NCBI GenBank assembly: GCA_963704645.1
Contig: OY969926.1
Coordinates: 256,001-320,000 of the forward strand
Direction of reading: 5' to 3'
Length of the DNA: 64,000 nucleotides
From: an uncultured bacterium
Lineage (GTDB): Bacteria; Patescibacteriota; JACMRA01
Shown: positions 8,972-20,600 of the stretch, piece after piece
Layout: every line of letters begins with the position of its first letter
How positions within the stretch are numbered: the first letter of the stretch is position 1
Made by a program: the position numbers and the translations under genes
Notes under the pieces: model-generated
Databases searched by the model: none
Told to the model about the DNA's origin: nothing
What the model saw: the letters and a program-made list of their open reading frames with translations, nothing else

Positions 8972-10437
8972 GTTAAACCTATCATTTGAGATCTATTCAA
9001 CCTACCTTTTATTAACATTGCCATGCGTGGATTTTTAATAAATGTCTCTTGGTGACTTAATAGAAATTCCCAAAATTTATCTGTCCACATTTTTTCCCAA
9101 ATATAATTTTTACCGGTTGGATAATCTGACATTTTTTTAATGTAATTACCACCTGCAATGTAGGGTTTTGTTGCAAAAATTCCTCCATCAGCGTACAAGC
9201 CCATTCCCATTACATTGGCCACCATTACCCACTCGCTGGAATCTATGAACATTTCTACAAACCAAATATAGCATTGAGCTGGTTTATATTGGTTCAGGGT
9301 CATCCAATTAGCCAAAATCATTAGTCTTTCAATATGGTGACAATAGGCTAACCTATCTACTTTTTCCAAAGTGTATTTTAGTGGTAGGTTTTGGGAATAC
9401 TCGGAATCTTCAATAAAGTCACTTCTATAAAAATACTCTGGTAAATCTTTTTCTGCTTTAAAAAAATTAAGTTCTAAAAAGTTTTCGGAGTAAACATTAT
9501 CATATAAACCTTTTACCCATTCTCTCCAACCAATAATTTGCCTAACAAAACCCTCCAGGGAGTTCATTGGAATATTTTTTAAGCTGGTAACCTTATCTAA
9601 AACTTGATTTGGGGTTAGTAACCCATTGTTAAGCAAAGCTGATAGGCACGAGTGAAAAACAGTATCCGAGCTGGTGGTCATTGCATCTTCGTAATCACCA
9701 AACTTTTCTAAGTATAAATTACAAAATTGGCTTAAATATTCATCTGATTGCTTAAAGTTAACTGGCAGCCAAGAATTTTCTAGAATTTGACCGGGATTGT
9801 TTGGAAAATACTTTTTAACAACATTTACAACAATTTTATAGTGTTCAGATTCAAAAACTGTTTGTCTTTCTGGAATTAATTCATTTTTAGGTAGCTTCTT
9901 TCTATTTTCCTCATCAAAAGACCATTTCCCACCAACGGGAGTATTATCCCGCTCAACTAATATTCCTAACCTTTTACGTTGCTGAATATAAAAATCATTC
10001 ATTAGTAGTCTTTTCCCATTTTTACTAGAAACAAAGTCTGAAAACACGTGTTTTGGTGTTAAAAACATTGGACTCGGCAAAACTCTAAGCCTAATATTTA
10101 GTCTAGTACAAACATCATCTAAAAACTTGGCGAAATATTTATCGGCAATTTCACAAATTACTAATTCTTCATATTTATTAACTTGAAAAAGATGGATTAG
10201 AACCTCCTCAAAATCTCTTTTCTCCTCTAAATAATTATAAAATACCTTCTTTTTATTTTCCTCTAAATAATCTTTATATTCCCTCATTATAGTTAGAATA
10301 TAAGCTAGTTTAAACTTGTGATAATTGAATTTACTAGTTAAAAAACCAGATTCCACCATAACAAAATCTGCTTCCAAATTTAAGGATGGGTGATTCTTAA
10401 AAAGTTGATCGGCAACTATTAGGCAAAGTGAGGGCAT
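8968..10437 (-). CDS. Cryptochrome/photolyase-related protein (bacterial 6-4 photolyase, FeS-BCP family)
   Basis: Motifs DQL, H-K-x-K, GGKWSFDEENRK, FGDYEDAM, EGFVRQIIGWRE, HHIERLM and KPYIAGGNYIKKMSDY. Confidence 0.92.
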   Translation of the reverse strand: MPSLCLIVADQLFKNHPSLNLEADFVMVESGFLTSKFNYHKFKLAYILTIMREYKDYLEENKKKVFYNYLEEKRDFEEVLIHLFQVNKYEELVICEIADKYFAKFLDDVCTRLNIRLRVLPSPMFLTPKHVFSDFVSSKNGKRLLMNDFYIQQRKRLGILVERDNTPVGGKWSFDEENRKKLPKNELIPERQTVFESEHYKIVVNVVKKYFPNNPGQILENSWLPVNFKQSDEYLSQFCNLYLEKFGDYEDAMTTSSDTVFHSCLSALLNNGLLTPNQVLDKVTSLKNIPMNSLEGFVRQIIGWREWVKGLYDNVYSENFLELNFFKAEKDLPEYFYRSDFIEDSEYSQNLPLKYTLEKVDRLAYCHHIERLMILANWMTLNQYKPAQCYIWFVEMFIDSSEWVMVANVMGMGLYADGGIFATKPYIAGGNYIKKMSDYPTGKNYIWEKMWTDKFWEFLLSHQETFIKNPRMAMLIKGRLNRSQMIGLT

Positions 10438-10618
10438 GTTATTGCTATGTAATTAAAAAAATGTCTGTTAAGCTGATTGTGAAATTAAAAAGACATCTAA
10501 ATTCAAGGTTTATAGTATTTGTTATGGACTTGATGAACATCTAGAAATACAGCCTCTGCTCTCAACTCATATTTAGACCTATGTGAACCAATAATACGTT
10601 TATTGATTTAATATATTA

Positions 10619-10945
10619 TTACTTTCCTGAATAATTTATAAATTTAATTGTTTCCTTGGGCGGCGTTGGTGGCTTAGGTGGTAATTTATCTCCGTATTTC
10701 TTTAGTGTATAAACATATAAATCTTGCACTTTAACTCTGGCCCATTCAGTTTTACGCAGAAAAGTTAAACTAGAAGAAATACTTGGGTTCATTTTAAAAC
10801 ATTTAATATCTACCAATTCACCCAGCTTTTCCCAACCATATTTTTCATACAAAAATTCAACTATTACTTTCAAACTTTTCCCATGCAAAGGGTCATTGGC
10901 TTGAGTTTCGGCAAAATCTCTTTTTAGCTGCTCATTGTTTATCAT
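10619..10945 (-). CDS. VF530/DUF2132 family putative DNA-binding protein
   Basis: Motif NDPLHGKSL...YGWEKL...CF..NPSISSSLTFLRKTEWAR. Confidence 0.88.
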   Translation of the reverse strand: MINNEQLKRDFAETQANDPLHGKSLKVIVEFLYEKYGWEKLGELVDIKCFKMNPSISSSLTFLRKTEWARVKVQDLYVYTLKKYGDKLPPKPPTPPKETIKFINYSGK

Positions 10946-11055
10946 AATTGGTTATTATTTGGATTAATAATATTTGTAAACAGCGTCGTAACTATACTAT
11001 AACAAAAAAGCCGCCTAGAAGACGACCTTTTGAACTTAACTAAAAAATATTTAAC

Positions 11056-11505
11056 TTAAGCAGTTTTTTGGTTATCAGAAATTATTCTAATAAGTGTTAC
11101 AATACCCCAAGAAGCCAATGAGTAGATAATAATAGCAACTAATGCAGCTGTATCAAAGTAAGTGTTACCTTGACTTGGAGCTGGGAAAATTCCGTTGAAA
11201 GCCATAACAAAAGGACGAGTAATACTATAAAGTGCTCCTGTAAAACCACTTTGTTGAGCATTAAACAACAAGAAAACAATTCTTAAAGCTAAAACAACGT
11301 TAATAAAACCAACCACAAACCAAACTAATTGAATAATTTTTTCAACGCCTTTGCTTTTATCTGCAGTGTTTTGAGACATATTGTTTGCTGGTTCCATATT
11401 GCTTACTGGTGTAGTATTAATAAAGGTTTGGTTAGAAGGATTCATCTGAGGGTTTTGTGGATCTTGGTTACCAGGGTTTTGGTTGTAGTTCGGACTTTGT
11501 TGCAT
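11056..11505 (-). CDS. YggT-like membrane protein with an N/Q/P-rich N-terminus
   Basis: Motif LRIVFLLFNA...FT..LYSITRPFVMAFNGIFP; two TM segments. Confidence 0.75.
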   Translation of the reverse strand: MQQSPNYNQNPGNQDPQNPQMNPSNQTFINTTPVSNMEPANNMSQNTADKSKGVEKIIQLVWFVVGFINVVLALRIVFLLFNAQQSGFTGALYSITRPFVMAFNGIFPAPSQGNTYFDTAALVAIIIYSLASWGIVTLIRIISDNQKTA

Positions 11506-11655
11506 AATAAAATGTAAGACTTTAAATTTGTTTAATTTATTGTAGTACCTACCGCTAGGTGGTAAAGCTTAATCTGTCAATGTTATTAAAAATTTAACTT
11601 CCATCCAGTTTTACCACACTCATCGTAATTATATCCTTAATAGAATGTTCACATA

Positions 11656-12363
11656 CTAATTTGTAATTACATATTCAACATCAAACTTCTGCAAAAGCTC
11701 CATATTTTGTTTGTTAATACTACTAGCAGTTTGGAAATTACTTAAAAAATTATTAGAAAGAACAACACCCTTCCACGGCCGGAAAATAAATTTAGCCAAA
11801 CTTAGCTTTGCTGGTTCAAAAATACATACGGAAATTGTTAATTTGGGGTTTAAACTTATTATAAAATTTATTCCAGTAATAATTTTTTCTACATTATCGG
11901 TTATTTGTATATAAACTTTATTAACAACACCGCACTCTAATTTCTTAATTAGATGATTATTCTCTTTTATCTGATCGTGGGAATTACAATTATAAGCTAC
12001 AGAAATAATTAAACTAAAATCTCGATTGTCCTTGCTGTTCAAATATTCTAAAGCATTCAGAACATTAATTTTTCTGGAATTTGAACCCGATACAACCAGA
12101 AGTTCATAAATATTTGGCTGAGTTTTTATAATTTCTAAATATTCATTCAATTCACCAATTATCAAGCTTAGGTTACCGTTGTTATAATGGTTAGCAACAC
12201 TAAAAGTTATACCTAATTTATTACTAATGTGTTTTGCAAGTTCAATATTTGAGTAAGCATTCGGCTTATCGGGTAGATGAATGCTACACTCTTTAGGAAT
12301 TTTTTCTAGCTTGGTTGGTAATTCTTCAAGTTTTGATACAACTAATTCATACGTTAAAATCAT
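11656..12363 (-). CDS. Hypothetical protein, possible MTHFR-like barrel
   Basis: LLVVSG, ISVAYN and LIKKLECG..KVYIQ loosely resemble methylenetetrahydrofolate reductase motifs. Confidence 0.4.
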   Translation of the reverse strand: MILTYELVVSKLEELPTKLEKIPKECSIHLPDKPNAYSNIELAKHISNKLGITFSVANHYNNGNLSLIIGELNEYLEIIKTQPNIYELLVVSGSNSRKINVLNALEYLNSKDNRDFSLIISVAYNCNSHDQIKENNHLIKKLECGVVNKVYIQITDNVEKIITGINFIISLNPKLTISVCIFEPAKLSLAKFIFRPWKGVVLSNNFLSNFQTASSINKQNMELLQKFDVEYVITN

Positions 12364-12371
12364 GCAAAACT

Positions 12372-12902
12372 TTAGTTATTTTTTCGGTATTTTAATTGCA
12401 CTAATCCAGTTTCAAATTGTTCAGTAGAAAGTAATTCTAGGTTCTGCGTTGGAATGATATCTTGAAAAAGTCTCTTTCCGTTTCCTAATAAAACTGGCAC
12501 TATTGAAATAACAAACTCATCAATTAAGCCCAATTTTAGTAGTTCATTTACAAGCTGTGCGCCTCCATCACAAAATATATCTTTACCATTTTGTAACTTA
12601 AGTTCTGTCACTAATTCTTCTAAATTTCCACTGTAGAATTCTATATCGCCCATATTTTCTTTTTGACTGCTAGTAATTACATAAACTTTGTGATTTGGGT
12701 AAGATAGTCCCCCAGCATTTTTAACTACCCAATCATAGGTTTTTCGGCCTAAAATAACTGTGTCCACAGAACTTATAAAATTGTTATAGCCATAGTCTAA
12801 TCCTTCTTTTTGAACCAAAGACAGAAAGTCTAAATTGTCTTCAGGCGCAGCAATGTAACCGTCTAAACTTGTGGCAATGTATAATATTAGTTTTCTTGGC
12901 AT
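12372..12902 (-). CDS. Dihydrofolate reductase family (RibD C-terminal-like) protein
   Basis: Motifs IATSLDGYIA, LGRKTY, DGGAQL and PVLLGNGKRLF. Confidence 0.92.
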   Translation of the reverse strand: MPRKLILYIATSLDGYIAAPEDNLDFLSLVQKEGLDYGYNNFISSVDTVILGRKTYDWVVKNAGGLSYPNHKVYVITSSQKENMGDIEFYSGNLEELVTELKLQNGKDIFCDGGAQLVNELLKLGLIDEFVISIVPVLLGNGKRLFQDIIPTQNLELLSTEQFETGLVQLKYRKNN

Positions 12903-12904
12903 AA

Positions 12905-13333
12905 TTAATATAAAACTTGGTTATTTTCTTTCATGTATTTAACACCTGTAGCTATAATTTCTTCCAACACATTTATATCAACGTCTTCCAACTTTTTTAT
13001 ATGTAAACAGCTGCCAGCAGAAATTTTATGTTTACCTAATTTTTCTAGTAAATTGGTCATTTTTTCGTAACCACCCATTGTATAAATAGTAACTCCAGCT
13101 TTACTTGGAGCAAAACCAGTTAAAAACCAATCTCCCTCAGAAGATTTAGATTTATAGTGGTATTTACCAAAACCAATTTTGTTAGTCCATAAAACTGGCT
13201 TATAGCCAGTAACTTTTGAAAAAATATCTAAAAGTTTAAGTGAGTCTGGAACTATAAATGTATTTGGGTAACTTTCAATAAAACTTTCTGGGGAAATATC
13301 TGTAGGTTGAGTTTTGTTAATGTATTTAGCCAT
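12905..13333 (-). CDS. DUF1801 (YdhG-like) protein
   Basis: Motif IGFGKYHY...GDWFLTGFAP...LGKHK...CLHIKKLEDVD. Confidence 0.85.
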   Translation of the reverse strand: MAKYINKTQPTDISPESFIESYPNTFIVPDSLKLLDIFSKVTGYKPVLWTNKIGFGKYHYKSKSSEGDWFLTGFAPSKAGVTIYTMGGYEKMTNLLEKLGKHKISAGSCLHIKKLEDVDINVLEEIIATGVKYMKENNQVLY

Positions 13334-13469
13334 AGAAAATTGTAAAATTAAATATTCAGTTTAAAGAATTGGAAAATTTTTCATAACCTTTATCATTTAA
13401 AATATTGGGAGATAGCTGATTCTCAGTTTCTATATTATACGTCCTGATTAAAGCTTGAATTTATTAATT

Positions 13470-13775
13470 CTATGTTACTACTTCAATCTTAATTTCCAAC
13501 TCATCGTCAACATTAATTTTTTCTTTTTTCCTTATTTCAGCTTTTATAGGAATAATATAGCAATTAGTTTTATTATTAGGGAAAAGTGAAGTTTTCCAAA
13601 CCCTTTCTTTTACAGTAAGTTTAACGGGTAACGAACCCCAACCAGCCTTAAGATAACCAAACATATATTTAATTTCTGCCGAAATTTCTTCTGGAACATT
13701 TACGAAATGCCAGCTTGCTGAGCCACTCCAAAGCCAAACTTTAGATTTAATTGTATAGGTTGGCGGTTTAAACAT
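13470..13775 (-). CDS. DUF1905 domain protein
   Basis: Motif WHFVNVP...GWGSLPV...WKTSLFP...YIIPIKAEIRK. Confidence 0.85.
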   Translation of the reverse strand: MFKPPTYTIKSKVWLWSGSASWHFVNVPEEISAEIKYMFGYLKAGWGSLPVKLTVKERVWKTSLFPNNKTNCYIIPIKAEIRKKEKINVDDELEIKIEVVT

Positions 13776-13893
13776 GAAAAAAACTTCTTATATCTGTATA
13801 AATATTTACAATATAGCTAAATTTCATCTGAATAAATTATTATTTAAATAGTTACAAATATAATATTCTGATTAAAAAATAAAACCCAAAAAT

Positions 13894-14376
13894 ATGTCAA
13901 TTTACAACAACACTATTAAGTCTTTGCAAGGCCAAGAAATTAACTTTGCAGAATTTAAAAACAAAGTAATTTTAATAGTTAACACTGCAAGTAAATGCGG
14001 TTTTACACCACAATATGCTGGTTTGGAAAAATTACACGAAATGTACAAAGAAAAAGGTTTGGTAGTGATTGGCTTTCCTTGTAATCAGTTTGGTGGGCAA
14101 GAACCTGGAAGTTCTAAAGACATTCAAGAAAACTGCTTAGTAAATTATGGAGTGACCTTTTTAATTACTGAAAAAGTAGAAGTTAATGGACCTAACACCA
14201 ATCCTGTTTTTAAATTATTAAAAGAATCTTTACCAGGAATGCTAGGTTTTGAAGAGATTAAATGGAACTTTACCAAGTTCTTAATAGATAAAAATGGAAA
14301 AGTAGTTAAGCGATATGCCCCAACCACAGAACCAATAGATATTGAAGGTGACATAATTGAACTATTGCAAAAATAA
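13894..14376 (+). CDS. gpx: Glutathione peroxidase family peroxidase
   Basis: Motifs VNTASKCGFTPQY, GFPCNQFGGQEPG and KWNFTKFL. Confidence 0.96.
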   Translation: MSIYNNTIKSLQGQEINFAEFKNKVILIVNTASKCGFTPQYAGLEKLHEMYKEKGLVVIGFPCNQFGGQEPGSSKDIQENCLVNYGVTFLITEKVEVNGPNTNPVFKLLKESLPGMLGFEEIKWNFTKFLIDKNGKVVKRYAPTTEPIDIEGDIIELLQK

Positions 14377-14641
14377 TTGGCAACTAAAATATAGCGGAAG
14401 ACTGGTAAAAACGATAAAAATTTTACTCTTCAAACCCTAAAGCTTAAAACAGTGGTTTGCTTTTTAAATTTTTTATAGCTTAATAAGCCTAATTTATTGT
14501 GGTAGGCAATTCTAGATTTTCCGTATTAACAAGTTTTGTAGATCTTTAATTTAATCTACTTTTAAAATAGACATAACCTTTATTAAGTTATATAATTAGA
14601 CATAAATTGGTTTGTAGAAAAACTGAAAAACAAAAACAAAT

Positions 14642-17600
14642 ATGAAAAAAGGTGGGTCAAAAACTAAACTATTACTTCAAATTAAAGATAACTTATCTAA
14701 ATTACATATATTTTCTCGAAAAGTAAGAAAGTATAATAGATTCTTTGTTCTATCAGCATTGGCATTTGCTGTGCTTTTATCAGGGGCCACCTTATTAAAT
14801 TATTTTAATGAGAATTCAATAAATAAACTTGCCAAAGCTAACAATTTACCTACTCTAAAATTAGATAGTTATGATGATTCTAACTGTTTTCTAAATAACG
14901 GAAAAGTTAAGTGTTGGGGTGAGGAGACTTTAGGTCAGCTTGGGTATGGAGCCACGTCTAATTTTAGCTTTTTTGACTACGTAAATGACCTATCAAAAGT
15001 TGGCTTTTTAAATTTAGGTGGTGATGCTACAGATATAAGTGTTGGAAGAGGTCATAGCTGTGCCCTACTTTCAAGCGGTGAAGTATCTTGTTGGGGTGAT
15101 AATAGCCTCGGTCAGCTTGGTTATGGAAGCACTTACAATATCGGCGACTCTGAAGTCCCTGGCAGCGTCAGCCCAGTAGCCTTAGGACAAAAAGCCATCA
15201 AGGTTACAGCTGGAGGCAGCCATAGTTGTGCACTTTTGACCACAGGAAATATCAAATGCTGGGGTGATAATAGTTTTGGCCAGCTTGGTTATGGTAATAT
15301 AAGTAATATTGGCGATGATGAAAGTTTAAATACCGTATCTGAAATTAATCTAGGAGAGCCGGTTTTGGATGTTACAACTGGAGAAAATCATACCTGTGCA
15401 CTTTTAACTTCTGGAAACATCAAATGTTGGGGGGATAATAGCAAAGGCCAGCTTGGTTATGGCAATCTTGATAATATTGGTGATAACGAGACTTTGAATA
15501 GTGCTGGTACAGTTAATATTGGAGAAACTGTAAAGAAAGTTGTTGTATCAGCAAGTAATACTTGTGTAATACTAGTTTCAGATAATTTAAAATGTTGGGG
15601 AGACAACACTAGCGGTCAATTACCATTTAGTGATACTCTGCTAGGTGATAATGAAATCCCATTAAACATAGCAAATATTAATATTGGGGAAACGGTTGTA
15701 GACGTTGATCTAGGAGACGGTCACACATGTGTAGTTTTAAGTTTAGGTAAAGTGAAATGTTGGGGTAGCAACTGGACAGGTCAGCTAGGATACCCAGGAC
15801 TTACAACAATTCCAAATTTTAATTCTAATTTAGAAATACCTAATCTCGGATATGTAGACGTAGGTGAGCAAGTAACTAGTATGGCTTTAGGAATAAATCA
15901 TACCTGTGCACTCTTAACTTCTGAAAATATTAGATGTTGGGGTGCTAATAACAAAGGACAGCTTGGTAAACCATCTACAGTGACCGACATCGGTCTAACT
16001 ACTACCCCAGCTTCTCAAATCAACATTGCAGATATTAATTCTTATGGCCCTATTTCAAATCCATATACAGAAATCTTAAATGATCCAAGTTACAACTGGA
16101 TTGAAGCTTCTGATGGAGTTCAGGTACCTTTAGATTATGGTTTTGCAGACTCAGAAGAAGTAGCACTACCATTTAATTTTAAGTTTTTTGAGAAAACATA
16201 TTCAAGAATGTTTGTAAGTAATTCTGGTTTGATTTCTTTTGATTATGCAGATACAAATTTGAGGCCAGGTAACCCAGCTTTTAATTTAAGTGTTTTGGAA
16301 GATGATAATTCAAATAACATTATTGCTCCGCTTTGGAGTCGGTTGACTGAATTTGGTTTCTCTGACGCCACCGTACACACTAAAGTAGTAGGTACATCAC
16401 CAAATCAATCAATGGTAGTTCAGTGGACAAATTTTAGAGCTAAATACAATTCTTCACAGTTTTCACCTACACCTATTTTAACTTTTCAAGTTATCCTGCG
16501 TTCAAACGGTGAAATAGAATTTCAATACAAAGAATTTGATGGCACAGATTTTGGAAGTGGTAGTAGTGTTATAGCTAGGATAGGATTGAAAAACTATTCG
16601 GGTACTGTTGGAAACTTTGTAAATACGTCTAACGGCAAGTTTACGCGTGAAATAAGTAATTACAAAATTTCATATAAGTTAGAGGATTTAAAATATAATG
16701 ATATTTCATACATAAATTGTTGGCCTTCTGTCCCAAGAATTACGTCAACACTAGATTGTGAAGTTGGATTAGTGAAAGACATTTCAGCTGTTCAGACCTC
16801 AAACAGCGGTCTCAAAGGCACAATCAGTCTAAGACTTGGAATTAACGGCACCCCTATTACTTGTCCTGTAAGTGGTATAGATAATAAATTTAGGTGTAAT
16901 GGATTGTTATCACCAGTATCAAGCCTGGAGAGCATAGATCTTTATTATTCCACAAGTGGAAGTATAGGTGGATTTATAGATGCTAAAAATGTAGCTACTA
17001 TTGTAACTAATACTGATCCTGAATTTGGCCCTGTCACTGGAGGTACCGCCGTGGGTATTGAGGGGTTGGGGATTAGAGAAACTGCTAAACCTGTTAGTAT
17101 TTCCTCTGGGTGGGATGGAGCATGCACTTTGTTTGATAATGATAAAGTAAAATGTTGGGGATCAACTGGTAATATGACTAGCGGTTACGAAATAGGAGAC
17201 TATATTGGGGATAATAATTCTCCCTCAGCAGTAGGATTTTTAGATACACCTGACGACGTAAGACAGATAAATACAAATGGTTACAAAAGCTGTGCGGTCT
17301 TAAAAAATGGTAATATTAGTTGTTGGGGTTTAGATTTAGGTGATGGTTTTGAGGGTTTAGGTTATGGAGACTACCATAGTAGAAACTCGCCAGGACCAGA
17401 AATCAATCTAGGTGAACCTGTTACTCAAATTCATAATTCTTACGATTCAGCATGTGCTTTGCTTCAAAGCGGTAAAGTTTCGTGTTGGGGAAAAAATACT
17501 GGGGGGAAATTAGGTTATGGAGACCTTGTTAATCGTCGTACTCCTGGTCCAGCCATAGACTTAGGTGTGCCAGCAACTCAGATTAGCATGGACAACCATA

Positions 17601-20600
17601 CATGTGCACTTTTAGCAAATGGTAATGTTAGTTGTTGGGGTAGAAACGATGATGGCCAGTTGGGATACGGTGATCTAACAAATAGAAACACTCCTGGTCC
17701 AGAAATTAGTTTTGGTCAACCTGTGTTGCAAGTTACAGCTGGAGAGGATAATACTTGTGTGCTACTAACTGATGGAGATATTTCATGTTGGGGAGATAAT
17801 AACTATGGACAATTAGGTTATGGAGATTATAATGATAGACTAGTTCCAGGTCCATCTATAAATCTGGGCGCTAAAGCTATTGAGATTGAGTCAAATACTT
17901 TAACTACATGTGCTGTATTAGAAAATGGTGATTTGAAATGTTGGGGTACAAATTGGGCTGGTCAAGTGGGTGATGAAACTCGCGGCGGTGAAAAACTTTC
18001 CCCAGGATCTAGAATTAATTTTGATACACCTGTAAAAGAAGTTTCCATTGGTGCTGGTCATGTATGTGCCTTGTTCATAAACGCTAAGATAAAGTGTTGG
18101 GGTGATAATTATCCAGGAGAATTGGGGACTCCAAATAAATCACCTAATTACATTTTCGACATTCCAAACCTAAAATACATAGACCTTATAAGACAATACG
18201 ACATCTCAGCTACATACGATAACCTTGCTCCACAATCTACCGTTATACCTAACACCAAAACTATAAATACTGTTACTCCTCCTCATGATCCTGGATTTGT
18301 AGATGTAAGAGTTAGAAATGGCGATGGTAGTTTAATAAATTTAGTTCAAGGCTATGAGTATAGAAGTTTAGCTGGTCCAATTCCTCCAATAGCAAATAAT
18401 GATACTATCACTACCATTGAGTCATCACCTGTAACAATAGATGTTTTAGCTAATGATTCAAATGCAGTTTCAATCTGTACTGGTTCAGTTTTGGGAGTAA
18501 GTAATGGTGCGGCGGTAATCTCGGGGACTCAAATAATTTATACTCCAAATAGTACTTATACAGGTACAGATAGTTTTACCTACAAAGCTTGTAATACAGC
18601 TGGGGAAAGTAATGCTGCTACAGTAGATATAACTGTAAACCCAAGACCTACTGCAACAATTGATCCTATTGTAGGCCCTACCGATGGAAATACTTTTGTG
18701 ACTGCTACTATTACGGGTATTGGTACAAATACTAGCACTATCACACCTCAAATAGCTACAAACGGAGCTAATACTTGTATGGTATCTGCCAAAGGACGAC
18801 TGAGATGCTGGGGATATGGAGGCTTTGGTCAAAATGGTTATGGTAATACTAATGATATTGGAACTACTGAGCTGCCCATAACAGCTGGCGATGTGAATGT
18901 GGGTGGTACTGTTAAACAAGTTGCAGTAGGTATATATCATACGTGCGCTTTACTTACTACAGGAAATGTTAGATGTTGGGGTAAAAATAATAATGGTCAA
19001 TTGGGGTACGGTAACACAACTCAAATTGGTGATAATGAATTACCTTTTACTGCTGGAGACGTGAATGTAGGCGGTACAGTAACTCAAATATCTGCTGGTG
19101 GTGAGTTTACCTGTGCTTTACTTACTACAGGAAATGTGAGGTGTTGGGGTATTAATAATTATGGCCAGCTAGGCTATGGAAACACAACTCAAATTGGGGA
19201 TGATGAGTTTCCATTTACCGCTGGAGACGTGAATGTAGGTGGTACAGTAACTCAAATATCTGCAGGTGATGCTCATGTATGTGCTTTGCTTGATACTGGA
19301 AATGTGAGGTGTTGGGGTTATAATTATTTGCAATATGGTACTATTAGCCTAGGGGCACTTGGCTATGGCAACACTAACAATATCGGTGACGACGAACTAC
19401 CGTTTACTGCTGGTGACGTAAACATTGGTGGCACAGTGACTCAGATATCTTCTCCTGGAGCTGGAAACTGTGCTCTACTTACTACAGGAAATGTGAGGTG
19501 TTGGGGTGGTAACTATTATGGACAGCTTGGATATGGAAATAATGATAACATTGGTGACAATGAATTACCATTTACAGCTGGTGATGTTAATGTAGGTGGT
19601 ACTGTGATTCAAGTATCAAAAGGTGAGTCTCATACTTGTGTTTTACTTGATACTGCAGAAGTTAAGTGTTGGGGTGATAGTTTTACCGGTCAATTAGGTT
19701 ATGGAAATTATACAAGAATTGGTGATAACGAGCTTCCATCTTCTGTTGGAGTTGTAAATGTAGGTGGGCCTGTGAGTCAAATTGCTGTAAGTTCTGCCCA
19801 TACTTGTGTAATACTTACAAACGGCAATGTAAGGTGTTGGGGAGCTGGAGGAAATATTGGATATGGTAATGGTAATGCCATTGGAGACAACGAGTTGCCG
19901 TTCACAGCAGGAGACGTGAGTGTTTTCGATGCTTCGTCTTCAAACTCAAATCCACCTACCATAACAACCCCCTCAATGACCTTCGACGGTCTACAAGCAA
20001 CTTCAGTAGTTCAAGTAGATCCTTCTACAATTACTGCATATACTCCTGCTCATCCTGCAGGCCCTGTGGATGTGGTTATTAACGATAGCTATGGTAATAC
20101 TTTTACTTTGGTTCAAGGTTATACTTATGAAGAAGAAGTACTTCAACCCGAAGCCAACCCAGACTCAATAACCACTCCAGAATCTACCCCAGTTACAATA
20201 GACATACTAGCAAATGACACTAACACAACTAATATCTGTGTAGGTTCAATTACTTTACTTCCAGGTTCTGTAAACAATGCAACAGCTACTATTGTACCAG
20301 CAGGTACAGACGGTAGCTTGGTAGACAAAGTACTATTCACTCCAACTGTAGGTTACTTTGGAACAGTTAGCTTTACCTACACTGCATGTAGCACAGAAAT
20401 AGGTACTAACCCTTCTTCTCCTGTTTCAGTAGTAGTAAACGTTACAGCAGTAAACCCAGTAGCCTTAAACGATACAGCAACAGTAAACCAAAATGAATTT
20501 GTAACAATAAACATTATAGCAAACGACACAGACCCAAGTGGACAAACTTTAACTATCTGTTCTCCTCTATCTACACTAAGTAATGGAAACATAGTAAAAA

